Shown piece after piece: positions 1 through 10,213 of a stretch of 64,000 bases of DNA. The position numbers and the translations under genes were made by a program. The notes under the pieces are model-generated. The model searched no databases. It worked only from the letters and a program-made list of their open reading frames with translations, and was not told where the DNA came from. Source of the stretch: Candidatus Latescibacterota bacterium (GTDB lineage: Bacteria; Latescibacterota; UBA2968); NCBI GenBank assembly GCA_965204375.1, contig OZ241986.1, positions 3,872,001 through 3,936,000 of the forward strand. Direction: 5' to 3'. Within the stretch, counting starts at the first letter, position 1. Every line of letters begins with the position of its first letter.

Positions 1-592
1 GTTGATTCTGATCGCGCTCGATAATTTCCAGAGTGCGGGTAGTCAACCAATCAGTTGTAAACGATTTTTCATCGGCACCACCTACCTTGCTGGCAGGCTC
101 ACCCCTGTTATTCCTCGCCGCAACGTAGGGCGTGCCATCCTCTCTCAACCCGAGTTTCTTCCAGTGACCGCGGTTCCACATATACCGATTGTCCTCAAAT
201 CCAAATTTGTACTCTGGCGCAAAGCCAGGCTTGGCTTCTCCACCCAGATGCCACTTGCCCAGATATGAGGTGGCATAGCCCTGGTTTTTGAGCACCTCGG
301 CAAAAGTAATCAACCCCTCTTTCAGGGAAATATCGTTTTTATACACATCGGTGGCAATCGGATAAAGGCCAGAAACAAAAGAGGCACGCGAAGGCGAGCA
401 AACAGGCGACGACGAATAATAACTGTCGCAAATAGCACCGTCCCGGGCGAGCGAATCAATATGAGGCGTATCTACTTTAACGCCCGGTCCCCAGACAAAA
501 GCCTGATCCTCCTCCATCAAATCGCGATAACAACCCAACGTGCGAAAATTGTGTTCATCGGTATGAATAATCAGCAGATTCGGCTTACTCAT
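1..592 (-). CDS. Formylglycine-dependent sulfatase, N-terminal part (runs off the left edge)
   Basis: Own translation, not in ORF track: MSKPNLLIIHTDEH...TPHIDSLA...VCSPSRASFVSG...YLGKWHL (CxPxR motif, GKWH); AAGGAG RBS upstream of ATG at 592. Confidence 0.93.
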   Translation of the reverse strand, partial: MSKPNLLIIHTDEHNFRTLGCYRDLMEEDQAFVWGPGVKVDTPHIDSLARDGAICDSYYSSSPVCSPSRASFVSGLYPIATDVYKNDISLKEGLITFAEVLKNQGYATSYLGKWHLGGEAKPGFAPEYKFGFEDNRYMWNRGHWKKLGLREDGTPYVAARNNRGEPASKVGGADEKSFTTDWLTTRTLEIIERDQNQ

Positions 593-619
593 TTCGTTCT
601 CCTTATTTGTCATACCCAT

Positions 620-1471
620 CTATTGTTCAAACTGGGCCACCTGCATAACCGGTGGCTTTGATGGCTCAATAGGACGAATAATCTTTCTGCGTGCAGGCGT
701 TAACCTCGCCACCAACTCATCGGAATATTCATACCCGAAACGATCTCGAGTCCAAAAAGACGAATAACGATAAATCAATGCGCGGCGTTCCCCTTCATTG
801 GTCCGCACGCTGGCACCGTGAATAAGCGCATCCGTAAACAGAACCGCATCTCCCGCCTTGAGATGCACCTCCTTGAGATAGGGTGCCATATCATCAGGCT
901 CGAGAACATAATTCTTCCTGCCCTGCCCCTTCTGGTGTACCAGCGGATTTGAAAGATTGGACTTATGGGACCCGGGAACGACCAGTGTCCCACCATCACC
1001 AGGACCAATATCGTTCAGCGCAAGAAAAATATTCAAATTGCCACAGAAAAATTTATTATTGTGATACCAAAAACTGGTGCGATACATCTTATTATGACCA
1101 CCAGAATGCAACCTCACATGGTTCCCCTGATGGATAATCGGAAGAAAATTCATCCAAATATGCAAACCGTGGTTATCCACGTAACGCCTGACAAATTCGA
1201 TCCAGTTGGGATTATCGATCAACGCCTCAAAACACGAACCGCCTTCTATAACATTTCTAAAACTCACACTGTGACTACTGGTACTTTCATTCTTCACAAC
1301 ATGAACATTGCCCAGCCATTCCTCTCCCGCATCACTCAACGCAAGCCATTCATCGACCTTCTCATTAATCTCACCAATGAGTTCTGGAGAAACAACATTC
1401 TCCAGAATGAGGAAACCCTCAAGATCAAAACAATAGTCATCCCATTTATTCGGTGTCGGTATCATATCCAC
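620..1471 (-). CDS. Phytanoyl-CoA dioxygenase (PhyH) family Fe(II)/2OG dioxygenase
   Basis: FDLEGFLILENV, LHSGG, GGTLVVPGSHK, GDAVLFTDALIHGA...ERR motifs. Confidence 0.9.
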   Translation of the reverse strand: MDMIPTPNKWDDYCFDLEGFLILENVVSPELIGEINEKVDEWLALSDAGEEWLGNVHVVKNESTSSHSVSFRNVIEGGSCFEALIDNPNWIEFVRRYVDNHGLHIWMNFLPIIHQGNHVRLHSGGHNKMYRTSFWYHNNKFFCGNLNIFLALNDIGPGDGGTLVVPGSHKSNLSNPLVHQKGQGRKNYVLEPDDMAPYLKEVHLKAGDAVLFTDALIHGASVRTNEGERRALIYRYSSFWTRDRFGYEYSDELVARLTPARRKIIRPIEPSKPPVMQVAQFEQ

Positions 1472-1486
1472 TTCCCTCTTTCAAAA

Positions 1487-2323
1487 TCATGCAGTCACGG
1501 ATCGAACAGGAGGTCTTATCGGCACAATAGGACGGATAATTTTTCTGCGCTCAGGCGTGAGTCTGGCGAGCAATTCTTCTGAAGGTTCAAAACCAACAGT
1601 ATTTTTCATCCAAAATGCGGTGTATCGATAGATCAGTATCCTGCGCTCACCGTCATTGGTCCGCACACTGGCACCGTGTGTACAGGCATCTGTAAAAATA
1701 ACAGCATCGCCTGCATTGAGGTGCATCTCCTTTAAATAGGGCCTCAGTTTCGTCTCCTCAACCGCAGTCTTATGTCGCCCATTCTCCTCTTCAAAAACCA
1801 GAGGATTAACCACATTGCATTTGTGTGACCCAGGAACAATCATAGTACCGCCATCCCCGGGACCAATATCGTTCAGCGCGAGCAGAACATTGAAATTGCC
1901 ACAATAGAAATTATCGTTATGATATCGAAAGCTCGTGCGATACCCCCTGTTGTGCCCGCCAGAATGAACAGGCACATAACTACCTTTCCGACTCACAGAC
2001 AAATGGTTAGCCCAGATGTATAATCCATCATTATCGACATAGCGCTTGACAAACTCGATCCAGTTGGGATTATCGATCAACGCCTCAAAAGCTGGTCCAC
2101 CCTCGATAATATTCGCAAACTTGATATCGGGCCCCTTTACGGGTTCGGGATCGCTACAGCGAACATGACCGATCCACTTGTGTCCGGCCTCTTGTAAAGC
2201 AACCCACTCATCCACCGTCTCATTAATCTCCGCAATCAGCTCTGGAGAAACAACATCCTCCAAAACGAGATACCCCTGAAGATCAAAACGGTAATCATCC
2301 CATTCAGTAGGTGAGGGTATCAT
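1487..2323 (-). CDS. PhyH family dioxygenase (paralog of 620-1471)
   Basis: FDLQGYLVLEDV, GGTMIVPGSHK, GDAVIFTDACTHGA; visibly colinear with neighbour. Confidence 0.9.
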   Translation of the reverse strand: MIPSPTEWDDYRFDLQGYLVLEDVVSPELIAEINETVDEWVALQEAGHKWIGHVRCSDPEPVKGPDIKFANIIEGGPAFEALIDNPNWIEFVKRYVDNDGLYIWANHLSVSRKGSYVPVHSGGHNRGYRTSFRYHNDNFYCGNFNVLLALNDIGPGDGGTMIVPGSHKCNVVNPLVFEEENGRHKTAVEETKLRPYLKEMHLNAGDAVIFTDACTHGASVRTNDGERRILIYRYTAFWMKNTVGFEPSEELLARLTPERRKIIRPIVPIRPPVRSVTA

Positions 2324-2465
2324 ATTCTTTCTCCTTATTTATTTTGCACCACGCAAATTCACATAAAACACTGAAGCCCCCAGTGTGCCAGATCCCAATC
2401 GAAACCACTGAGGGCAATTGTACTGCTGCAAAGATTCCCACGTTGCTTCAAATCGTGCCGTCGCA

Positions 2466-3548
2466 TCACTCGCGATACAGCTTCGCCACTGCAATCGCAT
2501 CCTCTTCCCAACAGGTATAAAACAAATACAACTGACCATCTTCTTTGAACGCATAAGAATCATGCACCACATCCCCCTCCCAATCCTCCTCGGCGCGGAT
2601 CATATCTTCGGGGGGATAACTCGTCTGCCACGCCTGCCAATCGCCCGCGCTCAAATCCACAGTCGAACGCATAATATATTCTGGCTCCTCCCATTTCCGG
2701 CTGTAAAACACCTCCAGCGTCTCGCCATCCTCCATCACCCGCACAGACCCGTGGCGCAGACCCAAACCCCCATTGGGAAGATGATCGCCAGCCAGCCCAT
2801 CGGCGACGAGATCATCTTCAATAGGCGACGACTCAGCAGACACCCACAGAGGATCGCTCGAATTCCAACCCTCTGGCGCATCCCACAGAAATGCGGAATT
2901 AGCTGGCTTCAAAAAAAATCCGCGCTGTGCAAAACCGTACCAATCGCCATCATAGGTAAACACCCGCAGATAATTTCGATCTGCAAATTTCAACCGCTTC
3001 AATCCATGGCCTTCTTCGCCACCCACCTCGGGACGGTTAAAATTCAACCCGGACTTCGACGTCGCCACAAATGAACGCTGGCCATCATTGCTGCTCCCGT
3101 GAACCACCATGATAAAATGCCGGTTATCCTCATCCACAATCACCTCGGGAGACGACACATGCCCCTTTAACACAATCCCATCCACCACATCAATCGTCTC
3201 AATCGAATTGCCCAGCCGCAAATCAAACACCCCGCGCCCTGGAAAACGCGGATCATCCAACCTGCCAGCATTAAAAAGCGTCCAATCCGCCGAATCCACC
3301 CGATCTGACCACGCCATGTGAATACTCGTCCCGTGATGCGACGCACAATAGAGATAATAATTCGCATCCGGATGTGCCCGGTCTTCCGCAGACACCCAGT
3401 CGGGTATCCGAACCACCGCGGGAAACATCGCATCGCCGCGCAACCTCGACCGATTGGGATCCGCCCCAATCCTGAGTCGCCGCACATCACTACCATCGAC
3501 AATTGGCCTACCGTGTAATTTCTCAACCCGATAAGTTACTTCACTCAT
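2466..3548 (-). CDS. Hypothetical protein, probable glycoside-hydrolase-like beta-propeller
   Basis: [28 protein letters not shown] (Asp-box-like), [16 protein letters not shown] blades. Confidence 0.55.
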   Translation of the reverse strand: MSEVTYRVEKLHGRPIVDGSDVRRLRIGADPNRSRLRGDAMFPAVVRIPDWVSAEDRAHPDANYYLYCASHHGTSIHMAWSDRVDSADWTLFNAGRLDDPRFPGRGVFDLRLGNSIETIDVVDGIVLKGHVSSPEVIVDEDNRHFIMVVHGSSNDGQRSFVATSKSGLNFNRPEVGGEEGHGLKRLKFADRNYLRVFTYDGDWYGFAQRGFFLKPANSAFLWDAPEGWNSSDPLWVSAESSPIEDDLVADGLAGDHLPNGGLGLRHGSVRVMEDGETLEVFYSRKWEEPEYIMRSTVDLSAGDWQAWQTSYPPEDMIRAEEDWEGDVVHDSYAFKEDGQLYLFYTCWEEDAIAVAKLYRE

Positions 3549-3562
3549 GTAATTCTCCGTGT

Positions 3563-4519
3563 TTAGTGGCGTTCATTCAACGGCGTCCAACTGCGCCCGG
3601 GGGCGTGAACCTTCTTTCTATCCCACGCTCTCCGCAACGCGGCAAATTCCCCTGGATCTCGCATCTCCCGCTCGGGATTCTGCGTATCCTGAATCACGAA
3701 ATACGCCTCACCCGGATGGCACGCCATCGTCACTGGCTCGCGCTCTGGCGTATAATCTTCGGGCACTTCGCCGATATTGCTCGGCACGCCAAAATCCTGA
3801 TATCGCAAATCCATACTCCACCGCACAACGTCCGTCTTATTTTCAAACGAAGCATGCGGCGTCAAATTCGTCAAAAACAAAACCGACCCCGCCGACATCT
3901 CCACTGGTATCGCGCCCTCGGGAACATTTTCAGGTGCAATTTCCAAAAAGCCCGCGTGACCACCTGTATAATGTCGGATAATCCCTTTATCCTGCACCTT
4001 TGGAATCACCCACAAACATCCATTATCCAGCGTCGCATCCACCAGCGGTACCCAGCAAGTCACCATCAAATACTCGTAACAATGCGCCATTGAATAACCC
4101 GCATCCTGATGCCACGGCACCTCCCCGCGCGAATAGCCCGGCACCTTGGGACGTATGCGATAGATCGACGTACCGACGATATCGGGACCAATAATATCCT
4201 CAATACACGCAATCAAAGGACGATGCCGCAACGCCTTCAAAATCCCCGGCCCGTGAAACCTACCCGACCAGATCGACATCAACACCTTGTGAGCGGCCTC
4301 CGGGTTGTATCGGTTAAGCCTGGTCAGCCGCGTCTCAAATGGCTCCTCGGCAAAATCGCGATCCAGCTCGCCCTCGGCAATCAACTCATCGCACTTCTCC
4401 TGAACCGCGCCCGTCAACCCATCCTTCAGCAGTTGCAAATCATCCGAAGAATAAATGGATTCCTTAACCACATAACCCAACTCGTCAAATTGTCGAACTT
4501 CCTCTGCTGTAAGCCCCAT
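3563..4519 (-). CDS. PhyH family dioxygenase
   Basis: Start trimmed to MGLTAEEVRQFDELGY; PWHQD (HxD), NGCLWVIP, GSVLFLTNLTPHAS..RWSMDLRY. Confidence 0.9.
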   Translation of the reverse strand: MGLTAEEVRQFDELGYVVKESIYSSDDLQLLKDGLTGAVQEKCDELIAEGELDRDFAEEPFETRLTRLNRYNPEAAHKVLMSIWSGRFHGPGILKALRHRPLIACIEDIIGPDIVGTSIYRIRPKVPGYSRGEVPWHQDAGYSMAHCYEYLMVTCWVPLVDATLDNGCLWVIPKVQDKGIIRHYTGGHAGFLEIAPENVPEGAIPVEMSAGSVLFLTNLTPHASFENKTDVVRWSMDLRYQDFGVPSNIGEVPEDYTPEREPVTMACHPGEAYFVIQDTQNPEREMRDPGEFAALRRAWDRKKVHAPGRSWTPLNERH

Positions 4520-4536
4520 AGATATTTCCTTTCCAA

Positions 4537-5295
4537 TCACATCACGACTTTTTCCCGCCCGCCAATCGATGGCGGCTCCATAATCCGTCGCTGTTGATCT
4601 GTCACATTGGGATAATCGTCGGGATCGTAATAATTCTGCGACCACGCCGAATGCCCCGGACTAAATTTATACAGCAATGAACGGCGCTCGTGCTCGCCTT
4701 CCCAGGGCATTGTTCCGTGCACCAGTGCCTCCGTAAAAATGATCATATCCCCAGCTTCTGCTTCGGGCTGATGTACATAGTGCGCCGGTCGCTCAAAATT
4801 GCGCACATCGCTGGGAATATTGACAAAATTGCTCTTATGCGACCCGGGAACACATGCAAAGCCGCCATCCCCTTTGCGCGCGGGCGCAAGATTATACGTA
4901 AACACCGTCAACCCATTGCGCATCACGCCATCGTGGTACTTGTACCAGTGATCGCCCGGCACACCTGCCTGCAATGATGGCCCACCGTGCAATCGCCCGC
5001 GCCTCGCGCCCTTCTTCATAAAAATGCAATAATCGTGATCCACGCGAAACGTCGGTCCCAACAACTCAATCATATACGGCAACGCATTGGGATGATCAAA
5101 CAACGCCTGCGTCTCGGGACCCCACATCGAAACGCGACTCGTGCGGCGATGGCCCTCTTTCTCGTCGGCAGGAGCGGCCCATACCTCATCGGCCAACTTA
5201 TTCAGCGCATCCACCTCATCCGCACTCAGCACATCTTTAACAACCAAAAATCCCTGCAAATCAAATCGAAACTTCTCTTCTTTTGTCATACCCAT
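4537..5295 (-). CDS. PhyH family dioxygenase
   Basis: Start trimmed to MGMTKEEKFRFDLQGF; LHGG, GGFACVPGSHK, GDMIIFTEALVHGT..ERR. Confidence 0.9.
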   Translation of the reverse strand: MGMTKEEKFRFDLQGFLVVKDVLSADEVDALNKLADEVWAAPADEKEGHRRTSRVSMWGPETQALFDHPNALPYMIELLGPTFRVDHDYCIFMKKGARRGRLHGGPSLQAGVPGDHWYKYHDGVMRNGLTVFTYNLAPARKGDGGFACVPGSHKSNFVNIPSDVRNFERPAHYVHQPEAEAGDMIIFTEALVHGTMPWEGEHERRSLLYKFSPGHSAWSQNYYDPDDYPNVTDQQRRIMEPPSIGGREKVVM

Positions 5296-5347
5296 CAAAT
5301 CGCTCCTTTTTTGACTTTGAGGTAATTCATGACAGACAACTGTTTCT

Positions 5348-5896
5348 TCACACTTCGTCGCGCTCGTCCAAAAAATCCATAATTGCCGGTGTGGCGACCT
5401 CAATAAAACGCCTGAGCGTATCCGCCAGAGCGTTGGCGAACTCATCGTTCAGTGTATTACTACCAAAATTAACCGCGACTCGTCCCCATCTATTACGCTG
5501 TCTTAGTCTTTGGTCTTCGTGGATATCCAGATTATTCACAAAACTTTTCAATGACTTGCTTTTACCATCAGAAAGACCGCCGATTTGCCCGTATTTGTTC
5601 TCGCCATATCTGATTGCAACGAGTGCATTGCTACAGGATGCCGTCTTAGATGGATCGTCGAATGTCATTTCGATTTCATAGCACAGGGCCCGCCAGTTTT
5701 CCCATGGCCGCTCTGAATACCATAAGTGATAGCAGAGGGGTTTTTTGCCCTCTTCCTCTATGCCAAAGGGAGCCATGCCATTATTACCTTTGCTATTCTT
5801 ATCTGGTCGTTTGATTTCGTCAGGCAAACCATCTTTTGCCAGATCGCTAACTTCTTCGAAAAAGCATAGAACGTTCTTGCGTAACCTCTCATTCAT
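5348..5896 (-). CDS. Hypothetical protein
   Basis: 182-aa ORF with AAGGG RBS-like motif, co-oriented with neighbours; no family recognised. Confidence 0.6.
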   Translation of the reverse strand: MNERLRKNVLCFFEEVSDLAKDGLPDEIKRPDKNSKGNNGMAPFGIEEEGKKPLCYHLWYSERPWENWRALCYEIEMTFDDPSKTASCSNALVAIRYGENKYGQIGGLSDGKSKSLKSFVNNLDIHEDQRLRQRNRWGRVAVNFGSNTLNDEFANALADTLRRFIEVATPAIMDFLDERDEV

Positions 5897-5980
5897 CTGG
5901 TTCCCTTTCTTGATTGTGGTGCGTATTTGACTTCACCTCAATGAAGATATTTCTCGCCTTTTCACATTGTTCCAGAGTTC

Positions 5981-6370
5981 TCAATTTCGCTCACAAATAT
6001 GCTCTCTCAACCATTCGACAAGTTGCTCGCGGGAAACTTTTCCTGATGCGAGGCCCAAAATGATTTGTTCTTGAATATCTACGGTAGCATCAATTCTATA
6101 TCCATTAGAACGCAAGAATACTGCCATTGCAGCATGCCCCACCCGTTTATTTCCATCCACAAAGGGGTGATTCCCAATCAAAGAAAAACACAAGGCTGCC
6201 GCCTTTTCTATAACGGTAGGATAGAGATCCTGTCCCCCAAACGTCATAAGGGGTTGTGCGATAGCCGATTCCAGTCCACCAGGATCGCGTATCCCCGCAG
6301 ATCCGCCACTTGTTTGAATAATATGATTGTGAAGTGCTAATATTTGATCTAAATTGATATGATTCATCAA
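5981..6370 (-). CDS. doc: Death-on-curing (Doc/Fic) family toxin
   Basis: HPFVDGNKRVG Fic/Doc motif; GIRDPGGLESAIAQP..TFGGQDLYP. Confidence 0.93.
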   Translation of the reverse strand: MMNHINLDQILALHNHIIQTSGGSAGIRDPGGLESAIAQPLMTFGGQDLYPTVIEKAAALCFSLIGNHPFVDGNKRVGHAAMAVFLRSNGYRIDATVDIQEQIILGLASGKVSREQLVEWLREHICERN

Positions 6371-7494
6371 CTTAGCCTTTTGTATAGTTCGCTATTTTCC
6401 TTGAGTACCTGTTCACAGATATCCTTAAATCTCTGTTTCTCAAAAAATTTAACAGGATCATCAAAACTCTGTCCTCGAAATACACCGTTTTTAAAAAAAT
6501 TAATGGTATCATCTTTTATCTGACAATACGATCCAAGACCACCTGCCCTGAAACCCAAATGATGACCAATGACAATGCGTATGATCTCGGGGACTACGGC
6601 AGCAACTATGTTAAAGGTATATCTTTTGGACTGCTCATTATCAAGTCCTTTTAGCTCTGGTATCCGACCAGTGTGCGTCAGGACATTACGCACCCGATCA
6701 ACATATCGAACCCGGGTCTCTTGTTCAGGTACTGGCGACGAATCTATAATCTCAAGTGATTGCAGGAGCGAAAATAATTTATCTAATAAAGATGGGCCAC
6801 GATCAATCTGACCACTTAGCAAATTTTTATACCGTTCCACTTGGTCTGGTTGAAGTCCTTTTGTTTTTGTAAGGACATCGCTTATCTCATTTTTAAGTTT
6901 CTTACGGATAGGCTTGCTGACCTTTTCATAGGCCATCTCATGCTGGTCGAGAACAATGTTGAGTGCCGTGCAGTAAGAAGCCGCGCGTAATTGCAGGATA
7001 TTGGTGTTCATTGCCTGATTGTATAACAGCAAAGCAAAATGCAAATTTTTCGATACTAAGGATTCCCTATTTTGCCAGGCAAGTGCTGCTGCACGCAAGG
7101 TCTCAATTTGAGCCACAGCATAATCACCATATCCATCTGGGCGAACCCTCTCACGGTATTCTTCTGTTGCTACGTTTCTACCCGTCAAAAAAGTGAGCAA
7201 ATTGCATAAATCCCACAGTCCTCCATCGTCGGCTACCCTGTCGAGAAGAATACTCTTTTCTCCAGCCCCTTCCCAAGACACAGTTGCCGTGGCATGCCAG
7301 GTACCTGTTTTTGCCGACGAGCGTTGTAGTCCTGTTTCATCGAGAGTCAACATTGGAGGTTGAGGCAGTTGAGAAACCTTATCATTGTAATCATCTGTGA
7401 GACGCACCTTAAGACAGCCGATACTGCTCTCTGACCATGGGGGGCCGGGACGTGAATCGCCCATATAGAGATTGAAGAGGTCAATTGTTTTCAT
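6367..7494 (-). CDS. HEPN-type (ApeA-like) protein with C-terminal Doc-antitoxin-like tail
   Basis: RNVLTH (Rx4H) at 6673-6690 in a helical region; C-terminus FKDICEQVLKENSELYKRLS; stop overlaps doc start (TGATG). Confidence 0.6.
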   Translation of the reverse strand: MKTIDLFNLYMGDSRPGPPWSESSIGCLKVRLTDDYNDKVSQLPQPPMLTLDETGLQRSSAKTGTWHATATVSWEGAGEKSILLDRVADDGGLWDLCNLLTFLTGRNVATEEYRERVRPDGYGDYAVAQIETLRAAALAWQNRESLVSKNLHFALLLYNQAMNTNILQLRAASYCTALNIVLDQHEMAYEKVSKPIRKKLKNEISDVLTKTKGLQPDQVERYKNLLSGQIDRGPSLLDKLFSLLQSLEIIDSSPVPEQETRVRYVDRVRNVLTHTGRIPELKGLDNEQSKRYTFNIVAAVVPEIIRIVIGHHLGFRAGGLGSYCQIKDDTINFFKNGVFRGQSFDDPVKFFEKQRFKDICEQVLKENSELYKRLS

Positions 7495-7559
7495 ATTTAT
7501 TCCCTCTGGATTACTGGCGTCATGCTGGCGCGTGGCGGCTTACACCCTGCCGCAATGAC

Positions 7560-7583
7560 GGGCGAGGCATGCCTCGCCCCTAC
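7560..7583. repeat. GTAG-family REP-like palindrome
   Basis: GGGCGAGGCATGCCTCGCCC palindrome followed by CTAC (GTAG on minus strand). Confidence 0.6.
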
Positions 7584-7631
7584 GCAGTTGTACCGCTCGA
7601 AACCTGCTATGGACCACTGCCTGCTGATTGG

Positions 7632-8429
7632 CTACAGATTGTCAACAGCATAAACAGCTTTCTCTATCTGTTCCTCTCCGACGGTTTTGACATTAGCATC
7701 AGAACCGAGCAACAGGGCCACATCGCAAATATTATTTATATCTCGCGGAACACCATTGGACGCTTGATAGAGCGCGTCGAGCGCGTCCTCGTCGAACAGG
7801 GATCGATCGGCTCCCGCTTTTTCCAGACGTGTTTGCACATAAGACAGGGTTTCTTCGCGCTTGAGCGGTGCGAGGTGATATTGCCGTGCGACCTGTTGTC
7901 CCAATGCCCCAACGCCCGCGATCCGACCCACGAGACCTGCCTGTCCAACGAGAAGAAGGGTAAGAAAAAAACGCCCATTGCGTTGAAAGCTGAACAGAGA
8001 TTGCAACGCTTCAAATGTATTGTCGTCTTCTATTGCATGGGCATCATCGACAATGACGACCGTATATTTGCCCGCATTGGCACTTTTGACAGCCTGAACC
8101 TCAAGTGCGCGTTGCAATTTTCCGTTCGATTGGTCCTCAACGCCCAATTGCCCGAGCATATCCCGCAGAAAGTCTTCCGGCGAAAGACCAGGTCTATCCA
8201 TAAGTGCGATCTTATACCTGTCGGATGACAGTTCCTGGATGAGCATGCGACTCACAACGGTTTTGCCACAGCCCGTGTCGCCCGTGAGCACGGCAGCCCC
8301 CATGCGGTTATTGATCGCGTAAAACATTTGCAACAATGCCCTCTGGTGATCTCTCGAAGAATAAAAAAAACGCGGATCCGGCACATTTTCAAACGGCAAT
8401 TCTGTCAGATTCCAATATTTATCGTACAC
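7632..8429 (-). CDS. ExeA/GspA-like AAA ATPase
   Basis: PF..VPDPRFFY N-terminus, Walker A GDTGCGKT, Walker B VIVDDAH, GVPRDINNICD. Confidence 0.9.
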   Translation of the reverse strand: MYDKYWNLTELPFENVPDPRFFYSSRDHQRALLQMFYAINNRMGAAVLTGDTGCGKTVVSRMLIQELSSDRYKIALMDRPGLSPEDFLRDMLGQLGVEDQSNGKLQRALEVQAVKSANAGKYTVVIVDDAHAIEDDNTFEALQSLFSFQRNGRFFLTLLLVGQAGLVGRIAGVGALGQQVARQYHLAPLKREETLSYVQTRLEKAGADRSLFDEDALDALYQASNGVPRDINNICDVALLLGSDANVKTVGEEQIEKAVYAVDNL

Positions 8430-8695
8430 GGTCTCAATCCCTTATTTTAAGTCCGACCATAGATCTTATAAACCTATCGGAATAGTGGTTTAACACTACT
8501 TTTTATCGCAATTCAATATAGTTATCTCAAACGGTCTGTGTCAAGTAATCGGCAAAGCGATTTAAGTGTTTCCCGGCGTTTTATACAACGCGGAGACATT
8601 GACACAAAATACTTTGACGGAACGTATCCAAACCCTATATTTTGCTGCACTGCACTGGTGACACATCTATTTTGACTTTCATTTTGGAGATCTGT

Positions 8696-10192
8696 ATGGC
8701 CTGGTGGCAATCCGTTTTGCTGGCCACTTACAGCCTCGTGTTTGCATTGCTGATGCTCGTAAGCCTGCATCGACACTTGATGGTACACCTTTACTATAAG
8801 CACCGTCGCAAACAGCCCATTCCCCGCGGCACCTTTGATGAATTACCCTTTGTGACAGTGCAATTGCCCATATTTAATGAACGCTATGTGGTCGAGCGAC
8901 TAATTCGCGCCGTCGCCAAAATGGATTATCCAACCGACCGTCTCGAAATTCAGGTTTTAGACGACTCGACCGATGAAACAACCGCAATTGCCAGGCAGTG
9001 CGTTGATGAACTTCGACATTCGGGACTGAATATCGCGCTGATACACCGCAAAACGCGCACCGGGTATAAAGCCGGTGCGCTCGCAGAGGGATTGCGGGTT
9101 GCACGCGGTGAATTGATCGCAATTTTTGACGCCGATTTTCTGCCGCCACCAGACTTTTTGAACAAAACCATTCCGTATTTCGTCGAACCGCAGGTCGGCA
9201 TGGTTCAGACGCGCTGGGGGCATCTGAATCGGGATTACTCCATTTTGACACGCGTACAGGCCATCTATCTCGACGGCCATTTTGTTATGGAACACGGTGC
9301 CCGAAGCCGCTCGGGCTTGTTTTTCAATTTTAACGGCACAGCAGGTGTCTGGCGTCGGGCTTGTATCGACGAAGCCGGTGGCTGGCAGCACGATACCCTG
9401 ACCGAAGACCTCGACTTGAGCTATCGCGCGCAATTGGCGGGCTGGCAATTTGTCTATCTCGCAGATACCGTAACGCCGGCCGAAATCCCCGTGGAAGTAA
9501 ATGCCTGGAAATCACAGCAATTTCGGTGGGCAAAAGGCTCTGTTCAAACCGCAAAAAAAACACTGAAGACCCTGTTGCAAAGTCATCTTCCATGGCGCGT
9601 AAAGGGCGAAGCCGCTTTTCATCTGGTAACCAATTTTGCATATTGTTTGATGGCAATGATCGCCATTCTCATTTTTCCCGCGATTGTTCTGCGGGAAGAC
9701 CTGGGATGGCTCAGGGTATTGATAATCGACTTTCCCCTCTTTGTAGGCGCAACAGGTGTGATCTCGAGATACTACATCCACTCGCAGCGAGAAATATATT
9801 CGGATTGGAAATCGCGCATCCTGTATTTGCCATTTGTACTCGCCCTGGGCATGGGGATTTCATTGAACAACGCGCGCGGAGTGATTCAAGCTCTGCGAGG
9901 GCACGAGACCGCATTTAATCGCACCCCTAAATACCGCGTTATCGGCAGGAATGGAAATTGGTATCGCAAAAATTACGCCCTGAAAAAAAATATAACTGCA
10001 TTTTTGGAAATTGGACTCGGTCTTTATTTGCTGGGCGCCATGGCGTATTCGATTGCGAAAGGGCTGTATTTCCCCGTACCATTCCTGATTTTGTTTGCCG
10101 CTGGTTTTTTTTATGTGGGGGGAATGTCTTTATTCCAGGGCATTTGGGCAAAAATACATTCGCAAGCAATTGAAGTCGCAGAAGCAAACTAA
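8696..10192 (+). CDS. GT2 processive glycosyltransferase (cellulose synthase-like, CslA-type)
   Basis: QLPIFNE, DDSTD, YKAGAL, FDADF, TED, QQFRW motifs plus TM helices; start trimmed to MAWW. Confidence 0.92.
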   Translation: MAWWQSVLLATYSLVFALLMLVSLHRHLMVHLYYKHRRKQPIPRGTFDELPFVTVQLPIFNERYVVERLIRAVAKMDYPTDRLEIQVLDDSTDETTAIARQCVDELRHSGLNIALIHRKTRTGYKAGALAEGLRVARGELIAIFDADFLPPPDFLNKTIPYFVEPQVGMVQTRWGHLNRDYSILTRVQAIYLDGHFVMEHGARSRSGLFFNFNGTAGVWRRACIDEAGGWQHDTLTEDLDLSYRAQLAGWQFVYLADTVTPAEIPVEVNAWKSQQFRWAKGSVQTAKKTLKTLLQSHLPWRVKGEAAFHLVTNFAYCLMAMIAILIFPAIVLREDLGWLRVLIIDFPLFVGATGVISRYYIHSQREIYSDWKSRILYLPFVLALGMGISLNNARGVIQALRGHETAFNRTPKYRVIGRNGNWYRKNYALKKNITAFLEIGLGLYLLGAMAYSIAKGLYFPVPFLILFAAGFFYVGGMSLFQGIWAKIHSQAIEVAEAN

Positions 10193-10213
10193 AAACAAAG
10201 GCGGAATGGGTAT

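Noticed and set aside
7632-8429. Type II secretion system
   Set aside because: Only an isolated ExeA-like ATPase; no secretin, pilin or platform genes in the window
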